A stretch of 64,000 bases of DNA. Origin: an uncultured Planctomycetales bacterium (GTDB taxonomy: Bacteria; Omnitrophota; Gorgyraeia; Zapsychrales; Fredricksoniimonadaceae). Shown one piece after another: positions 40,393 through 51,138 of this stretch. Under the pieces are notes generated by a model that did no database searches, had not been told where the DNA came from, and saw nothing but the letters and a program-made list of their open reading frames with translations. The stretch is taken from positions 202,224 to 266,223 of the forward strand of contig CAZNDZ010000003.1 in the NCBI GenBank assembly GCA_964572155.1, given 5' to 3'. Every line of letters starts with the position of its first letter. Position 1 is the stretch's first letter. The position numbers and the translations under genes were made by a program.

Positions 40393-41325
40393 TTATACCG
40401 ACACGAGCACAGCTGCTAAATAACTCTCTGCACTACGTCCACTGCCGACAAAATCTTTGTCTTGAGAAAAGCATTCAATCTTCTTAACAGTTTTGGGGAA
40501 CATCGCACTTAATTGATCCGTGTTTATTGCGCTATAATTCGTAGATACAAAAATATAGCCATTTGGATTAAGCATCTTTAAAGACATGGCAATTAAATTC
40601 GGTAAGTCCTTCTTAACACTAAAAACCTGTTTTTCATGACGGGCAAATGATGGTGGGTCTAAGATGATCAAATCAAAATGGTTATTTTTAACCACCGCGC
40701 GATCTAAATAATACATGGCATCGGCACGTACAAATTCATATTCACCAACTGGTAAGCGATTTAAATCATAATTGGCGCGCCCTCGGTGTAAACACTTCTG
40801 ACTTATATCCACATTGCTCACACTCAATGCTCCAGCGGCCTTACAATGCACGCCAAATGAACATGTGTACGCAAAGCAATTTAGAACCTTTTTACCTTTA
40901 GCAAGAGCAGCAACGGTATGACGGTTTTGACGCATATCTAAGAATAAGCCACTATTTAAGCCGTCATTTAAGTCAACATCAAACTTCAGGCCAAATTCTT
41001 CGACGGTCGTGGCACTCAAGGTTTGATCAATTAAAACATGGGTATGAAAGGCATCAGGGTTGGACGCAGGTGACGACGTGCGATCTTTGATGATCAAATA
41101 ATCAGCAGCATAAACATCTTTGAAATAACGATTGATCTCATCAAAATGATTTAACCAAAACTTATCGTAAATCTGGACGACAAAATGACGATTGTACTGC
41201 TCTAGGACAAAACCATTTAACCCATCGCTAATGCCATTGACCAAACGCACCGCATTGGTGTATTTAAAAAATGGCTCGCGTTTTTTAATGGCGCGATTAA
41301 GTGTAATGGAAAGGTTTTCCTGCAT
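40393..41325 (-). CDS. class I SAM-dependent rRNA methyltransferase (RlmI/YccW-like)
   Basis: C-terminal Rossmann methyltransferase domain (…LNCFAYTCSFGVH…DLIILDPPSF…); N-terminal region not assigned. Confidence 0.7.
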   Translation of the reverse strand: MQENLSITLNRAIKKREPFFKYTNAVRLVNGISDGLNGFVLEQYNRHFVVQIYDKFWLNHFDEINRYFKDVYAADYLIIKDRTSSPASNPDAFHTHVLIDQTLSATTVEEFGLKFDVDLNDGLNSGLFLDMRQNRHTVAALAKGKKVLNCFAYTCSFGVHCKAAGALSVSNVDISQKCLHRGRANYDLNRLPVGEYEFVRADAMYYLDRAVVKNNHFDLIILDPPSFARHEKQVFSVKKDLPNLIAMSLKMLNPNGYIFVSTNYSAINTDQLSAMFPKTVKKIECFSQDKDFVGSGRSAESYLAAVLVSV

Positions 41326-41331
41326 ATAAAA

Positions 41332-42285
41332 CTAACTGGCCCCAATCAACCAACCAGCCACAAAAACCAATAGCCCGCCGACAATGACTTGGAATGCTGC
41401 GGATAGAAAAGGCGTATCCATATATTTCCATCGGATAATTGAAATGACAAATAACTCAATGATAACAACCAAAACAGCGATGGTTGTTGCCAAGTTAAAG
41501 TCTGGAATGAAATATGGCAGGGTATGTCCGATGCCACCGATCGTCGTCATTAGACCACAGACAACACCACGAATCCACGGCGCACCACGGCCGCTTAGCT
41601 TTCCGTCATCTGACAATGCTTCTGTAAAACCCATGCTAATCCCAGCTCCTATCGAAGCGGCTAATCCAACTTTTAATGTTTCTAACGTATTGTGCGTTGC
41701 AAAAGCTGCGGCAAATAAAGGTGCTAAGGTTGAAACAGAGCCATCCATTAATCCTGCTAATCCTGGTTGAACGAAACGTAACACAAACAAACGATGCGCC
41801 GCATGCTGTTCAGCAACAACCTCTCCTGCTTCTACTTGTGCCGCGTGTATGGTTGATGCGACTGATTCATGCCGACCTTCTTCAGCCGCTAAATCTCCCA
41901 ACAATTTGCGCATCTTTGCATTGCTGGTCCGACTAGCCGCAACCTCATAAAAACGACGTGTTTCTAATTCCATGGACGCAGCTTCTGCCCGTGCTTTTTC
42001 TGGTGTTATATTTTCAACGAACCACGTAGGAGAACGCTTCACAAAACCTTTCACGTCTTGGCGGCGAATTAATGGGATATGATCGCCAAAACGTTCACGG
42101 TATAAATCAATCAAACATTGACGATGACGGGATTCTTCTTCGGCCATCTTGGTAAACAATTCAGCCGTGGAAGGAAAATCTTTACGGAGGTTCGCAGCAA
42201 AATCTAAATAGATACGACCATCTTCTTCTTCAGCAGCAATCGCCACAGCTAAAACTTGTGCCTCAGTTAAATCATGAAAATACAT
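41332..42285 (-). CDS. ferritin-like (erythrin) domain fused to a VIT1 iron-transporter membrane domain (MbfA-like)
   Basis: N-terminal rubrerythrin-like EExxH pairs (AEEESRHRQ…AAEEGRHE), followed by a five-TM VIT1/CCC1 domain. Confidence 0.75.
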   Translation of the reverse strand: MYFHDLTEAQVLAVAIAAEEEDGRIYLDFAANLRKDFPSTAELFTKMAEEESRHRQCLIDLYRERFGDHIPLIRRQDVKGFVKRSPTWFVENITPEKARAEAASMELETRRFYEVAASRTSNAKMRKLLGDLAAEEGRHESVASTIHAAQVEAGEVVAEQHAAHRLFVLRFVQPGLAGLMDGSVSTLAPLFAAAFATHNTLETLKVGLAASIGAGISMGFTEALSDDGKLSGRGAPWIRGVVCGLMTTIGGIGHTLPYFIPDFNLATTIAVLVVIIELFVISIIRWKYMDTPFLSAAFQVIVGGLLVFVAGWLIGAS

Positions 42286-42295
42286 AGAATCCCTC

Positions 42296-43240
42296 CTATG
42301 ACGGAAGCGACTGGATCAATTCTTTATTGGTTGGAAAACTTTTTAATTTATCAACCAAAGCTTTGGCCGCTTCCACTTTATTCATCCCTGCAAGTGCTCG
42401 ACGTAAGTTCTCAATCTGATTAAAATCTGTTTTCTCAATGATCAACTCTTGTTTGCGAGTGGAACTTTTGGAAATGTCTATGGCAGGAAAAATGCGGTGT
42501 TGCGCGATATCACGTGATAAGACAACTTCCATATTACCTGTACCTTTGAATTCTTCAAAAATCACTTCATCCATGCGGCTGCCGGTCTCAATTAAAATCG
42601 TCGCTAAAATGGTCAATGAACCTGCACCTTCTATCTTGCGGGCATATCCAAAAATGCGGCGTGGCACTTCCATAGCTCTTGAATCAACACCACCTGACAT
42701 GGTCTTACTGCCACGTGAGGACGTCTGCGCATTGTGAACACGGGCCAAACGTGTCAATGAATCGATGACCACCATCACATTGCCACCATTGGCTGTTTCT
42801 TTAAATGCATCGGCCATCAAGGTATCTGCGGTCTGTAAATGATGTTCATAGCTCATGTCCGACGAAGAACTACGCACATCAACACCACAGGAACGTTTAA
42901 AATCCGTGACCTCTTCTGGGCGTTCGTCGATCAACAAACAATGCAACTTGATCTCAGGATAACCCTTGGTGATCGATTGGCATAAATGTTTAAGAAATGT
43001 CGTTTTACCGCACCCTGGAGGCGCCACAATAAGCCCACGCTGCCCCATGCCAATCGGACAAATCAAATCCATGGCACGCATGGTCAATTCACTCGAACCT
43101 TTTTCTAAATAAATACGCGGTGAAGGATCTATTGGAACACCTGCGAGAAATAGACGTTGATTCTCATCTTGATGACGCGGCGGCACGTACCGATTAACCG
43201 GCTGTTCTCTTCTTTGCGGATTACTTCTTCTTGGAATCAT
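42296..43240 (-). CDS. rho: Rho-family ATPase, C-terminal domain only (no N-terminal primary RNA-binding domain)
   Basis: [41 protein letters not shown] and [40 protein letters not shown] align with the E. coli Rho ATPase domain, as recalled from memory. The ORF is 314 aa and starts 18 nt after the sodC stop. Confidence 0.8.
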   Translation of the reverse strand: MIPRRSNPQRREQPVNRYVPPRHQDENQRLFLAGVPIDPSPRIYLEKGSSELTMRAMDLICPIGMGQRGLIVAPPGCGKTTFLKHLCQSITKGYPEIKLHCLLIDERPEEVTDFKRSCGVDVRSSSSDMSYEHHLQTADTLMADAFKETANGGNVMVVIDSLTRLARVHNAQTSSRGSKTMSGGVDSRAMEVPRRIFGYARKIEGAGSLTILATILIETGSRMDEVIFEEFKGTGNMEVVLSRDIAQHRIFPAIDISKSSTRKQELIIEKTDFNQIENLRRALAGMNKVEAAKALVDKLKSFPTNKELIQSLPS

Positions 43241-43258
43241 AATTACCTACAAACATCA

Positions 43259-43777
43259 CTATTGAACTACCTCTATAATACCACAGCCAATGCGTCCACC
43301 AGCATTACCAGTGGGTTGACCCATGTCATCTTCTTTTTCATGCAAGATAATGGCTTTGCCGTTTAACGCATAACTACCTTCTTCTAAATTTACACCAGGT
43401 AAGATAACTTTTAAACTACCGATACCATCTTTATTAACGTCGATATTACCCATATCGCCCGCGTGCGCGTGTTGCAACCCATCTTTGGGTAGAAATCCAT
43501 GCATCACCTTATCAGGATTAAAGTGACCACCTGCAGCTTTGCCCATATCTTCGCAACTGCCGTTTTCATGAAAATGAATGCCGTGCTTACCAGGAGGTAC
43601 ATTGCTCACATTAACCACCACGGATAAACCACCTTCTTCATGTTTAATAATAACTTCACCCGACACCATTGAATCTGGCGTCGTTCCTTTAATCACAGCC
43701 TTGCCTTCATGTGCAAATGCTGGCACAGATAACATAAAAATACCAACGATGGTTAACAAAATGCGTGACGACTTCAT
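43259..43777 (-). CDS. sodC: periplasmic Cu/Zn superoxide dismutase
   Basis: Signal peptide; Cu/Zn SOD motifs GFHxHxxG and GNAGGRxACGVI. Confidence 0.9.
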   Translation of the reverse strand: MKSSRILLTIVGIFMLSVPAFAHEGKAVIKGTTPDSMVSGEVIIKHEEGGLSVVVNVSNVPPGKHGIHFHENGSCEDMGKAAGGHFNPDKVMHGFLPKDGLQHAHAGDMGNIDVNKDGIGSLKVILPGVNLEEGSYALNGKAIILHEKEDDMGQPTGNAGGRIGCGIIEVVQ

Positions 43778-43791
43778 AGTTACTCCTTAAA

Positions 43792-45372
43792 TTAAACGCG
43801 AGCGAATGTTTCCGCAGACGAGTGTTGCATGGCTAATTCAAATTCTGGAGGGGATGGGGTTCTTAATAATTCTCCATCACTTAAAAAATGATAAATCTGA
43901 CTATAATCTTTTACTTGTGAGAACGAGATGCGTCGCATTAAATATTTTGGGTTTAATTGCGCAGGTGTAGCACAACCCGTGGCGCCTAAAATATCAGCAA
44001 AGCTTTTAACCGTTGCTTTATGAAAATTATAGACACGTTTGTTCTTTTGAGCAACCACTAAACCTACAGCCAAACTAGGGTCTTGCGTCGCAACGCCCGT
44101 AGGACATAAATTCGTATTACACTGCAATGCTTGAATACACCCAAGCGCTAACATCATCCCTCGAGAAGAATAGCACAAATCAGAACCCATTAACATATGT
44201 TTTAATATACCAAACCCTGAATTGATCTTCCCTGACGATATGACTTTAATCTTATCGCGCAATGAAAAGCCAACCAAGGCATTATGCACAATGATCAACC
44301 CTTCATTAAGTGGCGAACCAACGTAATTGGAAAACTCGAGCGGTGCCGCACCTGTACCACCTTCTCCCCCATCGACGGTAATAAAATCAGGGGTAATGCC
44401 TGTCTTGACCATGGCTTTACAGATCGCTAGAAATTCACGGGGCTTGCCAACACAGATCTTAAAACCAACAGGTTTACCACCCGACAACGTGCGAAGCTTC
44501 TCAACAAACTCTAAGAGTTCAATGGGTGTTGTAAATGCACTATGTGCTGGGGGCGAGATGACACTTTTACCCATCTCAACACCACGGATCTTGGCAATTT
44601 CTGCCGTGACTTTCTCCGCCGGTAAAATCCCCCCATGCCCTGGCTTTGCACCTTGAGAAATTTTAATCTCGATCATTTTAACAGCATCTAATTGTGCTTT
44701 TTCTGTAAAACTTTTTGGGCAGAATTTACCATCTTTGGTACGGCAACCAAAATACCCTGTACCTATTTGCCAAATAAGATCGCCACCTTTTAAGTGATAT
44801 GGTGTTAATCCACCCTCGCCGGTATTCTGGGCAAAACCACCCATAGCAGCCCCTTCATTCAAGGCCATGACCGCATTAGGACTTAACGACCCAAAACTCA
44901 TGGCCCCTATATTAAATACACTGGCTGAGTATGGCTTGGCACGCGATGCCCCAACGGTAACACGCAAATCTTTTAGCTCAACATGGGCAGGCACCATTGA
45001 GTGGGTGACCCATTCATAGCCGACTTCATAGACATTTTTCTGTGTACCAAAAGGCAATGTATCAAGCTCACCCTTAGCGCGTTGATATACCAACGAACGA
45101 TCCAGTCGATTAAACGGTGTGCCAGATGTATTTGATTCAACAAAGTATTGATTGATCTCAGGACGGAAGAATTCTAATAAATAACGAAAATTACCAATAA
45201 TGGGAAAATTACGGCGAATGGCATGACGTTCTTGAAACATGTCGACAATGCCAACAAGGATGATCGGACCTAAGATCAACATCGACCATATGAGTATGGG
45301 ATAAATGGACGAAATGATCGCAATAAGCGTGACCGCAACAAGGGAAATATATAAGAATATCCGACGAGCCAT
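43792..45372 (-). CDS. glutamate synthase-related protein (stand-alone FMN-binding GltS central-domain family) with an N-terminal membrane anchor
   Basis: Matches GltB domain 2 (…DGGEGGTGAAP…); 526 aa. Confidence 0.75.
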   Translation of the reverse strand: MARRIFLYISLVAVTLIAIISSIYPILIWSMLILGPIILVGIVDMFQERHAIRRNFPIIGNFRYLLEFFRPEINQYFVESNTSGTPFNRLDRSLVYQRAKGELDTLPFGTQKNVYEVGYEWVTHSMVPAHVELKDLRVTVGASRAKPYSASVFNIGAMSFGSLSPNAVMALNEGAAMGGFAQNTGEGGLTPYHLKGGDLIWQIGTGYFGCRTKDGKFCPKSFTEKAQLDAVKMIEIKISQGAKPGHGGILPAEKVTAEIAKIRGVEMGKSVISPPAHSAFTTPIELLEFVEKLRTLSGGKPVGFKICVGKPREFLAICKAMVKTGITPDFITVDGGEGGTGAAPLEFSNYVGSPLNEGLIIVHNALVGFSLRDKIKVISSGKINSGFGILKHMLMGSDLCYSSRGMMLALGCIQALQCNTNLCPTGVATQDPSLAVGLVVAQKNKRVYNFHKATVKSFADILGATGCATPAQLNPKYLMRRISFSQVKDYSQIYHFLSDGELLRTPSPPEFELAMQHSSAETFARV

Positions 45373-45400
45373 TAGTGTTTATTTTAAAGCTAGAACGCCC

Positions 45401-46753
45401 TTATGCAAGAGGTAATTGGGAAAAATAACGCAAGGTTTTGGCCCGCTCTTCTTCATGCCAGACGATGGGATTGGGGTATCTATCAAACTTTAATCCTTTA
45501 CTGGCAATATCATGAATATCTTTTGAAGCAACTGCACGTAACTCTGGCACCCATTGCTTGATATAAACCGCATCAGGATCAAATTTCTTTTGCTGTAACC
45601 ATGGATTAAAAATGCGAAAATACGGCGCCGCATCACAACCCGTTGAGGCAGCCCATTGCCAATTCCCGTTGTTAACCAATGGGTCATAATCAACAAGACG
45701 TTGTGCAAAATATTGCTCACCCCGTCGCCAATCAATGTGTAAATCCTTGATCAAAAATGAGGCCACAATCATGCGCACACGGTTGTGCATAAAGCCGGTG
45801 GCATTAAGCTCCCGCATCCCAGCATCAACGATGGGGAAACCTGTTGTACCCTCACACCATGCTTTAAAATACACATCATTATTTTCCCAGGTTAGTCCGT
45901 CGTACTTTTTATGAAAAGCGCCTTTTAATACATGCGGAAAATGAAAACCCACTTGTGTGAAAAAATCTCGCCAATATAACTCGCGGATCAAGGTGTGCGA
46001 CATGCCAAACGCCTTTGTAATGGCATGATAGCTCTCCCGCACTGAGCAAGTGCCAAACTTATGATGCGCAGACAAATGCGTTGTTTTATTTAAAGCCGGA
46101 AAATCACGCTCACTATCATAGGCTTGATATGTTTTGATTTGCTTTAATATGGCCAATGCCTCCGACCTCCCGCCATGTTGAGTCTTTTTGCCAAATTTCC
46201 GACGATCTTCTATGGCGCATGGGGCTGTATGATAATGTGTATGCGCATTGGTTTGCGTCAAAGGCACGCGCACTGTCATCGCTTTCTTCGCATAGGGGGT
46301 ATAGACCGTGTAAGGCTTACCATCATCTTTGAGAATGGCCTGCGGTGGATTTAATAGAGCATCATGCGATTGATGAAATGCAATCTTTGATGCGTCACAC
46401 GCTTTAGCTATTTGTGAGTCTCGTGCTTGACTAAAAGGCGTGTAATCTTGATTAACATACACCGCATCAATATGCTCTGCCTTTATCAGTGATGTAACCA
46501 CTTCATGTGGCTGACCATAAAAAACATACAACCGCCCACCTTTTGATTTTAATTGTGCCTCTAGGTCGTGCAATGATGTGGTCATAAAATCAAACGCAGG
46601 ATGACCAAAATATGGCTGACCTTCCATCTGGCGGGGATCAAAAATAAAACACGGCATAACAGATTTTGATTGCCGTAAAGCTTCAATCAAACCTGTGTTG
46701 TCTTCAAGACGCAGATCTCGACGGAAAATAAAGAGTAACTTTTTAAATGGCAT
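45401..46753 (-). CDS. phr: deoxyribodipyrimidine photolyase / cryptochrome family
   Basis: N-terminal photolyase α/β domain plus the FAD-binding domain (…WRDFF…GWMHNRVRM…). Confidence 0.85.
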   Translation of the reverse strand: MPFKKLLFIFRRDLRLEDNTGLIEALRQSKSVMPCFIFDPRQMEGQPYFGHPAFDFMTTSLHDLEAQLKSKGGRLYVFYGQPHEVVTSLIKAEHIDAVYVNQDYTPFSQARDSQIAKACDASKIAFHQSHDALLNPPQAILKDDGKPYTVYTPYAKKAMTVRVPLTQTNAHTHYHTAPCAIEDRRKFGKKTQHGGRSEALAILKQIKTYQAYDSERDFPALNKTTHLSAHHKFGTCSVRESYHAITKAFGMSHTLIRELYWRDFFTQVGFHFPHVLKGAFHKKYDGLTWENNDVYFKAWCEGTTGFPIVDAGMRELNATGFMHNRVRMIVASFLIKDLHIDWRRGEQYFAQRLVDYDPLVNNGNWQWAASTGCDAAPYFRIFNPWLQQKKFDPDAVYIKQWVPELRAVASKDIHDIASKGLKFDRYPNPIVWHEEERAKTLRYFSQLPLA

Positions 46754-46758
46754 GTTGG

Positions 46759-47577
46759 CTATTGACGACGTAATATACGATTAATGATCCATGCAATACC
46801 AAAAATAATAAAACACACCATGACAATCGATGCCCCGGATGAAAATCCTCCATAATAGGATGCATACACACCACCTAAAGCCGCAATGATAGCAAAGATT
46901 GATGACAACAACATCATCCAACCCAGCCGATCTGTTAATAATCTTGCTGCAGCTACAGGGATTACTAATAATGCATTTGTCAGAACTGTTCCAACAGCCT
47001 GAATCCCAACAACAACGGTCAATGAGAGAAATACTAAAATCATATACCGTAGGAAATCAACTGGTATCCCGATGGCTTTGGCATAATTTGGATCTACACA
47101 AAATAATTTTAACTCTTTATAAAATAACAACAAAACAAATAATGCCACAACCGTAATAATAACAATCACCGTTAAATCAGTAGATGTTACTGCCAATATA
47201 TTACCAAACAACATTGAAAACAAATCGCGAAAAGACTTAGTTGTGCTAATAAGCAATATCCCAAAAGCAAACATCACATTGGGAATAATCCCGCCTGAGG
47301 TGTCTTCATTAACCGCGCTATCTTTCGAAAGAAAACCAATTAATAAAGCTGTCCCAAGAATCGCAATAAAAGCGCCAAGCAATAAATTACCGCCCAGTAA
47401 ATATGCAATCACAAGCCCTGGCAAAGCACTATGACTTAACGCATGCCCAACCAACGCCATCCGTCGTAAAACAATATATGACCCCCATGCTGCACAAAGA
47501 ACGCCAATGAGCATACCTGCCAATGCCGCCCTTTGAATAAACACATATTGAAATGGATCTGTTAAATAATGCATCAT
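46759..47577 (-). CDS. znuB: metal ABC transporter permease (ZnuB/ABC-3 family)
   Basis: 272 aa, 8 TM helices, ABC-3 family. ATGA overlap with znuC. Confidence 0.8.
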   Translation of the reverse strand: MMHYLTDPFQYVFIQRAALAGMLIGVLCAAWGSYIVLRRMALVGHALSHSALPGLVIAYLLGGNLLLGAFIAILGTALLIGFLSKDSAVNEDTSGGIIPNVMFAFGILLISTTKSFRDLFSMLFGNILAVTSTDLTVIVIITVVALFVLLLFYKELKLFCVDPNYAKAIGIPVDFLRYMILVFLSLTVVVGIQAVGTVLTNALLVIPVAAARLLTDRLGWMMLLSSIFAIIAALGGVYASYYGGFSSGASIVMVCFIIFGIAWIINRILRRQ

Positions 47578-48323
47578 GGATGATCACACCCCTTATGTCG
47601 CTCATCTTTCTTCATCTGTGAGTCAACCTGTGTCCCATCTTTTAAAAATATTGCCCCATCATATCGCCCCTCTTCTTGATCATAATAATGAGTTGCTACA
47701 ATCACTGTTTTTCCTTCTGACTTTATTTTTAATAATAATTCTGCAACAATCTGGCGAGTCTCAGCATCGACAGCATTTAATGGTTCATCCAAAAGTAACA
47801 AATCTGCATCTTGAGCTAAAGCGCGCGCAATAAGGACGCGTTGTTGTTGCCCACCTGAGAGTTTACTGATTTGTCTGTCTTTGAGGTCAAGCAATCTCAT
47901 CTGCTTCAAAGCTTCATGTGCCGCCTGCTTATCTTTCTTCCTGAGTGTTGCAAACCAACCTAAATAAACATAACGTCCAGTTGTTACCAAATCCATGACA
48001 CTTATTGGAAAACCCCAATCAATATCACTACGCTGCGGCAAATATACAACACGATGATGACAAGCACCTAGACTATGCCCGAAAATTCTAATGCTGCCAT
48101 TCTTAATTGGCAATAAACCACTAATAGCTTTAAACAGCGTCGACTTCCCCGCCCCATTGGGACCAACCAACGCCACTGAATCACCAACGTGAACATGCGT
48201 TGACAGGCCCGCAATGGCCAATGTATCTGACCGGGGGTACGTCACATCTAATCCCTTAATCTCTAAGGCTGGCGCCTTTGGATTTGGGCTACTATGTCGA
48301 TGTTGACAATAAGATAATTTCAT
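47574..48323 (-). CDS. znuC: metal ABC transporter ATP-binding protein
   Basis: GPNGAGKST Walker A and LSGGQQQRV signature motifs; 249 aa. Confidence 0.85.
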   Translation of the reverse strand: MKLSYCQHRHSSPNPKAPALEIKGLDVTYPRSDTLAIAGLSTHVHVGDSVALVGPNGAGKSTLFKAISGLLPIKNGSIRIFGHSLGACHHRVVYLPQRSDIDWGFPISVMDLVTTGRYVYLGWFATLRKKDKQAAHEALKQMRLLDLKDRQISKLSGGQQQRVLIARALAQDADLLLLDEPLNAVDAETRQIVAELLLKIKSEGKTVIVATHYYDQEEGRYDGAIFLKDGTQVDSQMKKDERHKGCDHP

Positions 48324-48347
48324 TGGGGAACAGTATACCTTAAATTA

Positions 48348-49280
48348 TTATTTTAAATACTTCAAAAATACGTTCACATTAGAACGCATCATATCAACAT
48401 ACGTCGACGCTCCACTACCTTCTATTCCTAAAGCATCAGTATATATACCTGGAGCAACAACAACACCCGCATTTGATGCTAAATTATTAGCTAATTTGGT
48501 ATTTGAAACATTCTCCGCGAAAACAACCTTTACACCATTAGCCTTAATGACATTTAATAAAGCTGCCGTTTGTTTCGCCGAGGGATCCGCAGCTTCTGTT
48601 GTTGCTGAAGGAATAACAGCCCCCACGACTTTAAAACCATAACGATCTGCAAAATAGCCCAACGCATCATGATTTGTCACAATTGTTTTATGTTTGAGCG
48701 TTGCTGTTTGTTCTTTGATCCAAAGATCTAATGACTTTAATTTTTCAATATATGTATTTGCATTATCTTGATACTCTTTACTGTGCACAGGATCCAAAAC
48801 CATAAGCCCATCACGTACATTCTCAACATAAACAATCACGTTATTCACATCTTGCCACGCATGGGGATCAACTTCACCATGATCATGATGATCTTCATGA
48901 TCTACACCTTCCTCTTCATCATGCCCTTCCTCTTCTAATTTACGTGGTGTTACCCCTTTTGAAACAACAATGCGCGTTGCTTTTGAACCGCTAGCTTCAT
49001 ATAACTTATTCATCCAATGCTCGAAATTAAGGCCATTTTCAAAAACAATATTTGCCTTACTTAAAAGAATCGTGTCTTGCGGTGTTGGTTCATACTCATG
49101 CGCATCCCCATCAGCCCCAACTAATACAGACACATCAACATAACTACCCCCAACATTTTTCACTACATCTTCTAATATACTAAATGATGCAACAGCTTTG
49201 ACGTTCTGAGCAAAAGCATTATTTTGCAATACCACTAAAAATACTCCTAATAAAACAATAAAACGTGATGCATTTCTCAT
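48348..49280 (-). CDS. znuA: zinc ABC transporter substrate-binding protein (ZnuA/TroA family) with a His/Asp/Glu-rich loop
   Basis: Signal peptide; central loop HDEEEGVDHEDHHDHGEVDPH, typical of ZnuA. Confidence 0.85.
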   Translation of the reverse strand: MRNASRFIVLLGVFLVVLQNNAFAQNVKAVASFSILEDVVKNVGGSYVDVSVLVGADGDAHEYEPTPQDTILLSKANIVFENGLNFEHWMNKLYEASGSKATRIVVSKGVTPRKLEEEGHDEEEGVDHEDHHDHGEVDPHAWQDVNNVIVYVENVRDGLMVLDPVHSKEYQDNANTYIEKLKSLDLWIKEQTATLKHKTIVTNHDALGYFADRYGFKVVGAVIPSATTEAADPSAKQTAALLNVIKANGVKVVFAENVSNTKLANNLASNAGVVVAPGIYTDALGIEGSGASTYVDMMRSNVNVFLKYLK

Positions 49281-49334
49281 CTGGATCTCCTTTTCAAATA
49301 GAAACTGTTTCTGTTTATACTCTAAAAAAATATT

Positions 49335-49742
49335 TTATATACATTTAGGACAAAGCCCCTCCAATTGAACAAAATGCTTAAGCACCTTATACCCACTTGC
49401 CTTAACCATATTAGCCAAAGCACACCCATCAACTTCATCAACCTTGCCGCATTTCACGCAGACGATATGATGGTGGTGGTGATGGCTGTCGTGATCGTGA
49501 CACATGGCATAATATAAACGACGGTCATCACGCTTAATTCTTACCAAAATTCCACAATCTTCAAACGTCTCTAGATTGCGATAAATGCTAGGCAACCCCA
49601 ATTGTTTGAACTGACGCTTCAACTTATCCCACACTTGCTCTGGGGTCAAATATTTGCCCTGCGCCGCAAAACAATCCAAGATGGCTTGTCGTTTGGGCGT
49701 TAACTTTAACTTCTGAGATTTTAATTTTTCAATAAATGTCAT
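49335..49742 (-). CDS. zur: Fur-family regulator, likely zinc uptake regulator Zur
   Basis: Fur fold with an HHHHHH run and CxxC…C; located next to znuACB. Confidence 0.75.
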   Translation of the reverse strand: MTFIEKLKSQKLKLTPKRQAILDCFAAQGKYLTPEQVWDKLKRQFKQLGLPSIYRNLETFEDCGILVRIKRDDRRLYYAMCHDHDSHHHHHHIVCVKCGKVDEVDGCALANMVKASGYKVLKHFVQLEGLCPKCI

Positions 49743-49797
49743 AATCTTAAATAGAAATGATTTCTATTTATACGTTAAAAAGAAAATAAAGTCAAGT

Positions 49798-50433
49798 TTA
49801 AAAAATACGCCCCTTGTGCTTTATCTTAACCGCTTCAATTTCCCGTCGGACATTCTCTAAAGCCACACCATCTCCTAACTTTGCGTAAGCCACCTCTAAC
49901 ATGCCAAGCATCTTTGCATAGTTACGTAAATTGCGCATGGATGATGGGCCATGGCGGTACTTCAAGACTTCAACATCTAGTGCAGCGTCTGCCTTATCCC
50001 CTTGCAGCCTAACCCGTTCAAAATATAAAATGGCCTTGGCATAATCTTTGGCTTGAAATGATAGAAAGCCTAACATATAACTCGCTAATCCTTGGTCATG
50101 GGGATTTATTTCTAGGACGCGCAAAAAAGCGGCTTGAGCTTGTGTAGACTTTTTCTCATCGGCATAAACAACACCAAGCGACATCCAAGCTTGCATGTGA
50201 TTGGGATCGATCAGTAAAATTTTTTTACACATGCGTTCAACATGCGCATGCATATTGTACATTGCATACGATGATGCGCGCTGATACATTTGATTTACAA
50301 TCATTGGTCTTAATAAAATAATTGCCGCAACAACCACACAAACACTAATTGCAAGCTTACGCCCATACCCCAATGTGGGCCCATGATCGTGGCAATGCGT
50401 GTGATCACAATGATCGTGATGATGTGTCGACAT
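49798..50433 (-). CDS. membrane-anchored TPR-repeat protein with a His/Cys-rich N-terminus
   Basis: MSTHHHDHCDHTHCHDH, then one TM helix, then TPR-like repeats. Confidence 0.5.
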   Translation of the reverse strand: MSTHHHDHCDHTHCHDHGPTLGYGRKLAISVCVVVAAIILLRPMIVNQMYQRASSYAMYNMHAHVERMCKKILLIDPNHMQAWMSLGVVYADEKKSTQAQAAFLRVLEINPHDQGLASYMLGFLSFQAKDYAKAILYFERVRLQGDKADAALDVEVLKYRHGPSSMRNLRNYAKMLGMLEVAYAKLGDGVALENVRREIEAVKIKHKGRIF

Positions 50434-50436
50434 AAT

Positions 50437-51138
50437 TTAAGCAACCATGATTAAGAAGATACCCACAATAATCAAAATATTACCAGCTACATAACTTACT
50501 GTATTTTCAAATTTTTCTAGAACAGGAACTAATTTCTGTACGACGTGTGATGACGCACCAAGAGCTAATATGGGCAAGCTTTGACCTAAGGCAAAACTAA
50601 AGAAAACAGCGGCGGAATATAAGACCGAGCCTTTTATCGCAACCAAACTTGAAATTAACAACATGCCAACCCCACACCCTGCACATGCAGGCATTTCAAG
50701 GAAAGCAAAAAACATACCAAATACAAATGTTGCTGGAATGGTATTTACGTGCTGCATCATTGTTGAGCAATGTTGATGCAGACGTTTAGCTGCGCTTGGG
50801 AAAAGACCTGCAAAAAAGACACCACAAACGAGTAAGAATACCCCAAAGATCAAATATATTGGCTCGCTAAAAGTAATTAGCTTTCTTGCAAAGGAACTAA
50901 TCACCCCTAACAGCAAGCCGATGACCGTATAGCTCAATATCATCCCAAGCGAGAATGCTATGGCAAGCTTCAAACTACGATGTGATGATTTTTTCGATCC
51001 ATGAACATGCCCAAGCATAAATGGCAAACGGGCAATGGTGCATGATGTCAACGAAAGCGCGGCGCCAGCGATGACCACCAAGATCATCACCTGCCAGATC
51101 GAGCCATTTAGAATCGCATTTCGTACTCCAAAATCCAT
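50437..51138 (-). CDS. DsbD/CcdA-like (DsbD_2 family) polytopic membrane protein with paired cysteines
   Basis: Six TM helices; a CAGCG motif within a TM helix. Confidence 0.4.
   Translation of the reverse strand: MDFGVRNAILNGSIWQVMILVVIAGAALSLTSCTIARLPFMLGHVHGSKKSSHRSLKLAIAFSLGMILSYTVIGLLLGVISSFARKLITFSEPIYLIFGVFLLVCGVFFAGLFPSAAKRLHQHCSTMMQHVNTIPATFVFGMFFAFLEMPACAGCGVGMLLISSLVAIKGSVLYSAAVFFSFALGQSLPILALGASSHVVQKLVPVLEKFENTVSYVAGNILIIVGIFLIMVA

Noticed and set aside
43241-43258. Possibility that the Rho N-terminal domain is encoded just upstream
   Set aside because: Only 18 nt separate the ORF start from the sodC stop codon. No frame in this gap or in sodC encodes an OB-fold/Rho_N-like sequence.
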